DNA of 64,000 bases from Vicugna vicugna. Its lineage: Eukaryota. The stretch is taken from NCBI GenBank assembly GCA_013265495.1, contig MU057887.1:3321576-3385575 (forward strand), written 5' to 3'. Of this stretch, positions 46,790 to 57,200 are shown piece after piece (position 1 is the first letter of the stretch; the number at the start of each line of letters is the position of its first letter). The position numbers and the translations under genes are program-made. The notes under the pieces were generated by a model. That model saw nothing but the letters and a program-made list of their open reading frames with translations, did not search any database and had not been told where the DNA came from.

Positions 46790-49700
46790 CTGGGGGAATG
46801 TCGGGGAGGAAGCGGGCAGAGGGGAAGACTGTGCACGCCCCCAGCCCTGGGTGGATCAACACAGCCCTTTACCGGAACGTGAGGGGAACCACAGGAGACG
46901 CACAAAGTGCTCAGGAAAATGGCCGTCGACACAGAAAACACGGGAGCCTGGTTGCTCAAGACCCTTGAGGACATCGTGCTGAACCAGCAGCTGATACGTT
47001 GTAGCTGGATGTTCTTCAACAAAAAGTAAACAACCGAGAGAGAAGACCCTTCGAGGGAGAACCCAGCCCCCTGGGGACGCACTTCACTGCCCTGTGTGGA
47101 AGCTAGGCGGCGGGGGCGGCATTTCCTCCATCTGGACGGTAGTGCCGCTTGCACTGCCCCACTTCCTGTCAGCGTGTCACTGATGAGTAACTGAAGACGG
47201 CTCGCTGGCGTCTGCGCCCGAGCCCCGGCGGCAAGGGAAGTAAAACAAACGGCAGCACCCACAGCTCAGCCGTCTCTCACGGGCACCGACACCGGCCGCC
47301 CGTCTCAGCGACACCGTGACGAGCACGGAGGTGCGAGGAATTAAGCTCGCCGAGTTCTTTGTTCCTCCGTTTTCCGAGATCTCGGGGCGAGTTCTCGGGA
47401 ATGATGCTCCTGACAGTTTCTTTCAGAGGAGGGAGTGGCCTCCTCTGCCGCGTCCTGTGTCCCTCCTGTAGGATCGACCCGTTCCGGGAACTGCAGACTC
47501 ACGTCTGTGCCTCTCCTGCACCTGGTGGGTTGGGGGGGGCAGTGCAGGCGCACCCCTCCTGCCTGGCCCGACCCGGAGCGAGGGTCGTCGTTACTGTGGG
47601 CTGAGCTGCAGAGTGAAGTCCCGAGAGGTCAGAAACCCCCAGCGCGGCGTTTTAAGGAGACGTGGACACACCCTTCCAGGCTGCACCCCTGAACCTGCTG
47701 AGGGGTCCTCTCAGAATGTCCTGACACCACCCCGTCTTCGTCCTGGCCCCACTGGTCCAGACCCGGCGTTTCCCCTGCAGGGTCAGAGGCGGGGGGACAC
47801 GGGAGCTGTCAGCTCGTGGTGACACGCAGAACAGGATGGATCCTGAGCTCCGGGAGGTCGTGGTGAGGAGCCTGCAGTGCTGGGGCCGGGGACACGGGGA
47901 GGAGAGCACGTCTCTGTGCCCCGGGAGGTGACACGCCGAACCCCGCCCTGCCAGGGCTCCGACAGCCGCTGGGTCCCACGGCTCCCAGAGAGGAAGAGGG
48001 GTTTAAACAACGACTGGGAAACTTCCAACAGTCCGCGTTGGAACTCTGCTGTCAACCGTCTCCAAGCGCCTCGGCACCTTCACGGAGAAATGGGCGCAGC
48101 GTGTCTGCCGACCAACAGCTCTGTCGCCGCTTGGCTGTCAGCGGACACAGTGGACCAGACGGCCCCGCCCGTGAGCCTGGCTGGGCGGGTTGGGCTGAAC
48201 CAGCGACTCTGCCCGGGCCTCCGTTTCCACTTCCAGAGGATGGGCCTAGAATGAGTAATTGTGGGCGAGGGATTCGTTTACCACGAAGCCTGCCACATGC
48301 TCGAAACACCCCATAAATCACTGTGGTGTAGGCGGGACTATCTGTGTCTGCTTCAACAGCTGGCTTCTCGGCCCCACGGGGAGAGGCCCCGTTTCCCTCC
48401 TCTGTGTCCCGCGGAATCTGTCGAGGAAGAAGCGCTGAGTGGCTCCAGCTCAGCGCCTGCCAGGACTTCCGAGACCCCTGGAGTCACGCCTGCCCACCGC
48501 AGTCCCTTCGCACCAGCCCCCTCCCCAGGCCAGGCCACAGACTCTGGGCGAGGCCACGGTCTTCCCACCTCAGCCCCAGGTCAGCTTGGGAAGGACCCCT
48601 CTGCAAGGCGCCCCGTGGGCTGGGCCCACCCACACCGCCATTGCTGCAGGTGGCGCCCCGTTCTCTCCCCCGTTCTGGGCCCCACACCCCGGCCCAGCCG
48701 TGCCCAAGGCTCTCCACTGGAATCAACAGCATGGGGCACCCACCTTCCGGGGGAGGAGTTCCCTGAGGGACCAGCCCTCCCCGCCAAGACAAACTGCGGG
48801 GCCCCAGGCCTGGAGCTCAGGCTTCCGCATACCTGAGGGCCTGAGTCTGTAAATGTGCACGTCGACTCCTTGTAACCTTGGCGGTTGGCATCCATCCTAA
48901 GAGAAAGCAGTCGGAAAACAGCTGAATCCACAGACAGAACACGCAGAAGGGACGCTGGTCACTCACTCCCTCTGGGATGGGCCACCTCCCGAAGGAAGCC
49001 CAGGTCAGGCGGTCACCACACTCCGGAGAGCCCCTCTGGGCTGCCCGTCTGCTCTGGAACCTCCTCTGCACTCGTCCACCCGGTGACTGTCGGCCGCTCA
49101 TCCACCCGGTGACCGTCCACTCACTTCCAACCTCGCTGCAGCCTCCTGGCCTCCATGGATGCCCCGGCCCTGCTGACCCCTGGGGCAGAATCATTCTCTC
49201 GCTGCCCAGGTTCCTTACAGGAATGTTGAGGACCAAGACGTGTGGGTGTGGGTGGGGGTAATTAATCATGCTCCTCTCCCATCGGCATTCTGAGCCCACA
49301 GAACAGTCTGGCAGGATCGAGGGTGAATCAGAAGACGGCTCCCCGGGAGCCAGGACCAGCACCGACCTCGCACTTCCTGTGTTTCCTCGCCAGGCTGAGG
49401 CTGGGCGTTCAGCAGACGGTAGCACAGGGTGGGAGACGCACCTCGTGTACGTGAGAAAAGCCAAGACGGGCCCAGGTCCCGAGAGGTCGGGCAGATGGTA
49501 GCACCGAGGGCAGCTCCCGCCCGGCCAGCCCCCACGCGGCTTTGCAGGCGGGGCAGGAAGCACGCTGGGAGCCGCCGCTGTCTGATACGAGGGAAGTGGA
49601 GCCTAATTCCAGGGCACATTTAAAACTTCCTCTTGGCACCACGCTTGACAGGCCCAGCTCCCTCCACCCACTGGGGCTTCCCCACCTGCCTGTCTCTGGT

Positions 49701-49869
49701 CGTCCTGCCGGGCAACGCCATCGGCTTATGTCCACTCACGTAGGTGTGTCCACCAGCCGCTGCGTGTCTGGATTATCCACACGGCCCAGCGAGGAGGAAG
49801 GCTCACAGCAGTTTGTAGAAAGAAACTTAATCCCTGAGATGGAGAAAAGTTGGTCAAGACTTTCTGTGA

Positions 49870-50160
49870 GTCTTTTTCATTACATTCATTCTGAAGCTTT
49901 TATTAATTTAGTGGAGCTTCTTAATTAAAGTCTCGATGAATAATTGAACGCAGTTTTTGATTATGCCGGAGTTGGTGCCATTTTGAGTTGTAATTGTAAC
50001 TAATAAATTAGTTAAATAGGTAAGATGATGAAGTCCTGTCTCCGGGGGACGCTCATAATTTCAAGAATTTATCTACATGTCATTCAGAAAATTTATGCAG
50101 AAAAAAACAGATGATCAGAAGGGAAGCCAGAACCACAGCAGATTAATCAGCCAGTTCTGC
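49870..50160. promoter_or_regulatory. Candidate conserved enhancer (TAAT-dense island)
   Basis: tattaattta, ttaattaa, ataattga, gtaattgtaactaataaattag, cataattt, gattaatc in ~290 bp of non-repeat-looking sequence. Confidence 0.5.
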
Positions 50161-53100
50161 TCTGTAAGAGCTGGGGCTCAGGGACAGCTCACCACCGTCT
50201 CAACAGCAGAGGAGGAGGGACAGCACCGCCCCGGCATCCTCCTCGATCCCCCCCGGCCCCCGCAGGGCTCTGGCCAAGGGGGAGGCACTTGCTGGGACGT
50301 CCAGGGTCCCGGAGCCTGGGAGAGGGCCTGCACCCGGGGATCTGGCCGAGCCTCTGCCTCCGGGCTTCCACTCAGCTGCCTCTGTCCCTAGCAGTGAGGC
50401 CCCCAGCAGGGAAGGACAGACCCCGCACAAAGCCGGATGCACACGTCCTGGAGTTGGTGCAGAGGTGGTGAGTCCAGGAGGGAAAGTGAGGGGAGGAGCG
50501 TGTTGGACCCGAGGTAGCCAGGCCGGTCACCGTCCACAGCACTGCCAGGCGGGGCCCAGGCCCGGTGGGGAGGGAGGTGGCCCGCCTGACCTCCAGGCCA
50601 GGCTCCCTGCAGGCACATGCCCACCCCCATCTCTTTTCCAGCACAGCCGAGAGGCAGGGTGTGAGAGAGATGCCACTCCGTCTCAGAGCAGTCCTGACAT
50701 GGTTCCAGCACTCCGAGGCCTGATCAGCCTGCTAGAGCCGCAAGAAGCGACAAACGAGGAATTATTCACCTCGCTCAGACGATGGTTGGGAAACAAATCT
50801 ACGCCCAGTGAGAAAGCCCTTCTCCTCTGGACCCCAAGGGCCAACACACACCTCTCACCTGTGGGACAACTGCAAGAGCTGCCTGTGCCAGCAGCCATCG
50901 AGCGAGTGGTGCCTGAGCACACCCAGGGCGTGCGCGCCATGCACGCACAGGGCCCTGAGAGCCCGGCCCGCCCTGTGAGCACACGGGAAGGGGCAGCCTT
51001 GGCCGGCTCCACCCGCCAAAGCAGCTGGCTCTCAAAACAGCAGGGACCACGGCAGGCACTCTTGCTGTCATTACTGGCGATGTGAGCCCCTCACAAAGGA
51101 AGCGTCCCGCGCGTCACGCAGCACGGACCGTGTCCCTCCGCGTCTCGTCTGACTGTTCGGTTTTGCCTGCCCCTGGTCCAATGCTCCGTGCATCAGAATC
51201 GCCAAAGCTGCTCGTTAATAAACGCGCAGCCCCTTGGACCTCGCCCCACACGGGCCCCGGGCCCGGGCCCCCGCCTCGGTGAGCAGCCTGTGGCTCTCAC
51301 ACACGGGATTTGAGGAGCACTGGCATGTTCATCCGTCCTGCTGAACGGTGGCGGTTCCAGGGTGGGGAGGCCTCTCTGTTACGTACGCACCGTGCTTCCC
51401 AGCACCGGGGAGCACGCCCACGCCGCTCAGTGACTGTCCGACCCTGTGGTCGGGTCGCGGCAGGTGTCGTGAGCCCTCCCAGCTGTGGGCAGCTGGTCAA
51501 GGAGGGGCATCCTCCTGAGCGGCTGTGCCCCACCCAGGCCTCCCTCTGCAGGCGACGCTCCTTTGAGGCCGACACCCCGCACTGGGGCAGAGCAGAGGTG
51601 AGCAAGGCCTGCAGCAGCTGGGCCATTTCTTTCAGGAGCAGGAAAGGAGGAGGCAGGTCTCAGGAGACCCCGTTACTGGCTTCTTGCGTTCTCGGGCTGC
51701 ACGAGAGCCTGCCGCAGGTGCTGGCCTTTGCCTGCACGGCTCACTGCTCTGCCCTTTCCAGGACCCTTCCCAGGGCCCCCACCCCCAGGCCTGGGCAGCT
51801 AGGCCGGGAGACATGAGGGGTGGGGGCCCTGGAGTCAAACAACTGACTCTGAACCCAGCTGGTGGCACCATCTTAGGAGACAGCCCAGGTCTGTGCCTCA
51901 AGTGTATTGCCTGCAAATCAGGACAGTGAGAGAACCGGCCTCTGGGGTTTGGGGTGACAACTGAACTTAGCACCACACCTAAGGAAGGAGAAGGGCCCAG
52001 CCCAGCAGGTGCCCACCACCCTCCCACCTGTGGAGCTAACCCCCGGGCCTCGCCTGCCCTCGCCTTCCCTGCTCCCTGAGCACACGCTCACGTGGGAACA
52101 CTCAGGACCTCTCCCTCCAGGGCTCAGAGAAGAGCGCGCCGCACAGCGATGGGGCAGCCGACAGAGGCCGGGAGCGGGGGCTTCTGTCCGTTGAATCAGG
52201 ACCAGAAGGACCTTGTCCGCGGGAATCAGGTTCGGGGGAACAAACAGCTCAGAGCCGTGGAGCCAGAAACCAGAGCCTTGGTGGGGAGCGGCAATCCCGC
52301 TTCCTTCTGTGGCTCCCTCTGCGTCTCTGGCATCCTCCGACCCACCCGCGCCCCGTCCTCAGCGGCAAACCCCCGAGCCATCTTGGGGCTGAACCTGCAG
52401 CAGTGCCAGCCACATGGGCTCAGCCTGCCCGGAGGCTCTGGGGACTCGTGTGGGGCTGGCGGGAGGCTGGTGGGGAAGATTCTCCCAGGAGGAGTGTGGT
52501 GGGAGGGCCGTGGCTGACCTCCCAGTGCAGATCCCCGGAGTGAGAGTCAGGGGGTGCAGGGAACTGCAGCCCCGTGCTGGGGGGGCGGGAGACGTGGCAT
52601 GGGGTGTTTAGAGGTGGCTTGGGACACGTCAGACAGGCAGTGCTGAGGGCCTGTTCTGGGGCTGAGGGGGTGAGGGGAGTGTCTGGAGGGAGCCGGGCAG
52701 CCGCAGGGAGCCGGCGCCCCTGAGAAGGGCCGAGACCACGGGCTGGGGCGGAGGGATGGTTGGGGTGGGGTCGCAGTCAAAGCCCCCACCAGCCGCCCGA
52801 GGCCCCCTTCCCTCGGGCGCTGGCAGGTGCCACCCGCAGAGGGGCTGGGAGTGAGGCTTCAGTGCACGGGGCCCCCGGGTCGGGCCCTGAAGGACGGAGC
52901 CCCCTCCCAGTCGTCCCCTCGCACCGCGGTCCCCGGGAGAGGCCGCCACTGTGCGGAGAACACCCAGCGGCCCCGCAGCCCAGGCTCCCGAGGCCGGCTG
53001 TGCGCCCGGCGTCTCCTCACACCCTGCACGTCTGGGCAGACGGATGAGGGAAAGCTTCGGTGCAAACTGCACTCCCAGTTAATAGTTCTTGAAACGCGTG

Positions 53101-53725
53101 ATGTTAACAGAAGGTTCTGCAAACGGCTCCCCTTCCATGGAGCTGGAAAGTACAAGGCACTGGCGTAGGAGCGCCTCCCGCTGGGGACTGGGAAGCACCG
53201 CAGCCCTCCTGCACTTGGGGCCCCTCCTAGAGGCACCTGGGTGGGCTGCGTCGAGGCCACCCCCTGCGCCCGGAAGGGTGGAGCTGTGTGTGCTCGGAGG
53301 GACCGAGACGTGTGTTTACACGTGTCCACGTTCACACGCGTCCCCTCCAACACAGCTCACCCAGCACGACTTCACCCGGCACGTTCCAGACTTACAGCCC
53401 CCCCCCCCCCCGCCGTAGGTCGAGCTGCGCGAGTGGGACCCATTCCTGGACGCGGTCCACTCCTCAGGCCGGCCCGCCCCCGCCCCTGAGGGGACCACCT
53501 TGTTCCCCTGGCGGCGCCTGCGTAGCTCAGCACCGACTGTGCGCCACTCCGCCCAGCGCCGCTGCCTCGTCCGCGCCCTCCTGGCAGCTCTGAGACGTTC
53601 GCTCCACCTGGTGGGCGTGACGGGCCTTGCGACCAGGCTGGCGGTGAGTCCTGGGCTCTCCTCCGGCCCTGAATCTACACGTTGGTTTTGGAGAATTGGC
53701 TTCTTATTAAGCCTTTCTCTCTGAG

Positions 53726-54032
53726 AATGTGGGCTGAGTGTTGTGTCTCCCCAAAACCCAGATGTTGAAGCCCTAACCCAGCGGATGGCGGCAGGAGGTG
53801 GGGCCCTGGGCGGCGGCTGGGTTCCCACGGGGACGGGCGGGGCGCCCTTGTAAGGAGCGCAAGACGCAGGGGACCCCGCTCTTCCCGCAAGGGAGGAGGA
53901 GACCGGGGAGAGGGCTGTCGCGGAACCCGGCCGTGCGGGCGCCCCGCGCTCGGTCCGCAGCCCCCGGAACCCTGAGAAGAGCCGTCTGGTGTCGCCCGTC
54001 TGCGCGTTCCCTCACAGCCGCCCGAGCCGGCG
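53726..54032 (+). mobile_element. MaLR LTR (MLT1A/B-like), CpG-enriched
   Basis: ggctgagtgttgtgtctccccaaaacccagatgttgaagccctaaccc...cagcccccggaaccctgagaa...acagccgcccgagc. Confidence 0.75.
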
Positions 54033-54059
54033 CGGAAGCGGCTCCTTTGCTCCTAGAGG

Positions 54060-54950
54060 TTTGTTTTTTTTGCAGGTGAGTTGATGGCAATGCTGTGTTA
54101 GCTTCAGGTGTACAGTGAAGTGATTCGGTTGTACGTAAATATTCCTTTTCAGATCCTTTTCCATTACAGGCTGTTATAAGACGTTGGGTGTCGTCCCCGT
54201 GCCGCGCAGCAGGACCTTGCTGTTTACCTGTTCTGCACACAGAGGCTTGTATCTGCCAGCCCCAACCCCCGTCCGTCCCTCCGCCCACCTTCTTTAGTAA
54301 CTGCAACTTTGCTTTCTGTGTCTGTGAGTCTTTCTGTTTTGTAAATAAGAGCACTTGTGTTGTTCATGTAGATGCCACACACGCATGGTGCTCGTCCTCC
54401 TCTGTCTGACTGGCCTCCCCGAGCACGATCACCTCCAGGTCCGTCCACGCTGCTGCAAGTGGCATTCTTTCTTTCCTTTCTACGGCTGAGTAGGGTTCCA
54501 GTGTGTCTGTGTGTGTCTGTGTGTCTGTGTCTGTCTTTGTCTCTGTGTGTGTGTCTGTAGGTGTGTCTGTATGTGTGTTCTGTGTGTGTGTCTGTATGTC
54601 TGTGTCTCTGTGTGTGTGTCTGTATGTCTGTGTGTGTGTGTCTGTGTGTGTGTCTGTGTGTCTGTCTCTGTGTCTGTGTGTCTGTCTGTGTGTCTGTGTG
54701 TGTGTGTCTGTGTGTGTGTCTGTATGTGTGTGTCTGTGTGTGTGTCTGTGTGTGTGTCTGTGGGTCTGTGTCTCTGTGTGTGTGTCTTTGTGTCTCTGTG
54801 TGTGTGTGTCTGTGTGTCTGTGTGTGTGTGTCTGTGTGTCTGTGCGTGTGTCTGTGTGTGTGTCTGTGTGTGTGTGCGCGCGCACTGCCTCTGCCGTCTG
54901 TTCACCTGTCAACGTGTCATGGGCCTTCTCAGCTCCAAGCCGTCACCTGT
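54060..54950 (-). mobile_element. Cetartiodactyl-type L1 3' end containing an expanded microsatellite
   Basis: ttcaggtgtacagtgaagtgattc...cctccaggtccgtccacgctgctgcaagtggcattc...ggctgagtagggttcca. Confidence 0.85.
54501..54881. repeat. ~380-bp compound (TG)n/(TGTC)n microsatellite
   Basis: Direct reading; explains the CV/TH-repeat ORFs. Confidence 0.95.
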
Positions 54951-55139
54951 GCTGAGTGAATCCTGACTCAGGCTCCTGCTCCTACTGCTAACACAAAGAG
55001 CACCTACAGATTCTGAAACTGCACCTTCTGTCCCACGAACTTCACACGACTCTTCATCATGCAGTCGTTGCTCTTTCTCTTCTCTTGAAAACAGCCTCTT
55101 TGGTTTCCTAGCTGTGCAAGGAGATCATAGCCCAAAAGG

Positions 55140-55496
55140 TGTGTGTCTTTGCTTCCCCAAGAGTTACACTAATTACCGAACGTTTGTCTCGTTCCATGTG
55201 GAGCCTCCGAAGCGCACTGTGTGGCGGTGACAGCGCCCCATTTCAAGGAGACGCCTGCTGGCTTCCTGGCTTGCCGGCGGCTGACTTCTCACGGCGTCCT
55301 CGCCCAGCCTTCCCTCCGGAGAGACAGAAACCCGGTGTCTCCTCTCCTTGTAAGGACGCCAGTCCTGCTGGGTTGGACCCACCCTCTGACCCCACTTCCT
55401 CCTTCTTGAAAGATCCCGTTTCCAAACGGTCACATGTGGGGTTTCGGGCCTTAGCATGCGGGTCTGGGGGGTGGGGACACAACCTGGCCGCTAGCA
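55140..55496 (-). mobile_element. MaLR LTR (MLT1A-like), antisense
   Basis: tctcctctccttgtaaggacgccagtcct...tttccaaacggtcacat...ggggacacaacctggccgctagca. Confidence 0.75.
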
Positions 55497-55499
55497 CCC

Positions 55500-56072
55500 G
55501 CCAGTCAGGAAAGAAGACAGCCCCAGCGTGGCCGCCGTCCCGCAGACCTCGGGGCACTGAGCGCCTGTTTTTAACGCGCCCGTCCGTGGACTCGCGAGAG
55601 CGGCCTGGGCTGCCCAGCGTGGCCCTCCGCTCCGGCTCCGGGGGCGGGAACCCTTCGCCGGCTGTATCCGCGTCTTCCTTCCAAGCTCCCTGAGACGGCC
55701 AGCAGAAGCCACCCCCTTGCTGTGTGACTGGGACCCGTGTTCTGCCGGCTCGTGGCCAAGGAGCGACCCCAGCTGCTGGAGGCCTTCCACCCCGCTCCGC
55801 GTGGCCCGGGCAGCCCCGGCGTGGTTGCTGAGGCTTAGTGCAAGCCAGCGGCATGCCTCTCTGATTTCCAACTCTGCCTGCCGCCCAGGAAAACGCTCCT
55901 CTCGTAAAGGGCTCGCCTGGTTAGGTCAGGCCCACAGAGCTCAGCTCCATCTGCCTGGTAGCATAACGCAGTCGCGGGAGTGCCACGTCATATGTTCACA
56001 GGCTCCCCCGACATTCAAGGGGTGGGAGCTTCACAGGGCCCACAGCTCGGCCTTCTGAGGATTCTGTTGCCA
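55500..56072 (-). mobile_element. MaLR LTR (MLT1E/F-like), antisense
   Basis: taaagggctcgcctggttaggtcaggcccac...atgttcacaggctcccc...gattctgttgccaca. Confidence 0.6.
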
Positions 56073-56589
56073 CAGCTTTTATCAAGAATAGTTGATATAG
56101 ATTTTATAAATCTGCCCCTTGTGGAACTTGCTGGTTTGTTCTGTCATGTCGGTGGATTCCCTGGCGTCTAACCGTTTTTGCAGGTCAAATTAAACAGTTC
56201 ACAACCTGCAACATCCTGCCTTCTGAGTGTTTTGAGGTCTTCTGGGGGGGTAAGTGCAATCTATTTTTTATATATTCAATCAACATGACAAAATGTGATT
56301 TTCCTATTTGAAGAACATAACTTATATTTATTTATTATTCATGGCTTAAATATTCTTTTCTACTTATTTTCTGCTAGAGCTGATGAATTCCAAAAAAGCT
56401 ACATTCAGATACTCCGTGTGCTTTTTTTCACGTTCTTCCGGCTTTTCTGGCAGATTTTTCTCCACGTATTTAATTGCTGAACCATTTGTTCTTTATCAGT
56501 TCCTGCCAATTCAATGCAATTTGTCATAAGTTAGGCAATTTGTCATTGTACGGTGCCCCCTTTCCTCTCGTACAAAGTTGGAATTGTCA

Positions 56590-57200
56590 TTCATTCACAT
56601 TCCACCCTTCTATGTCGCTTAATCTTAAGTGTCTCTTCTCAGCCGTGGAGCTGAGTTTTGCTTCCCAAATCAGTCTGTCGTTCTCTGTCCCTCAAAGGGG
56701 AACCTACTCTATTCGCATTGAGACCTCATTACTGTTCTTGATTTTATTTCTCCCCTCTTCGCTTATGTCCTTTACTTTCCATTCTGTTCTTTTCCTCCCC
56801 TTTTTTCTCCCCTCCTTTTGGAAGTTCTGTCCAGTTCCTGTTTGTTCCTTCTCTTTTTCTCTTTCGACTTTGGAAGCCCGACTTCTGGGCCTCACTGGCG
56901 GTGCTCGTGTCTTTCTCGCCGACACCCACACACACGTGCTGGCCGCCATTGCCTCTGCCCACTCGGCACCCAGGCTCACCGGCCGGAGGAGGGGAGGCTC
57001 AGCGCCTGGTCACCCCACATCACTGAGCAACCCCAGACAGGTCCCCGAACCCACGGAGGACGGAAGACCCCCCCACAGAGCATGAGCTGGAACCAGTGCT
57101 TGCTGACCCCTCAGCAGCACATCACACAAGTCTCCGATTTCCCCAGAGCGCTTTTCCCTCAAACACCAAGGAACTTATCAGAAAGATACATCTTACAGTT
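56590..57200 (-). mobile_element. Ancient L1 fragment, antisense
   Basis: cttctatgtcgcttaatcttaagtgtctcttctc...ttttgcttcccaaatcagtctg. Confidence 0.5.

Noticed and set aside
54364..54966. Cys/Val- and His/Thr-repeat proteins
   Set aside because: Translations of the (TG)n compound microsatellite
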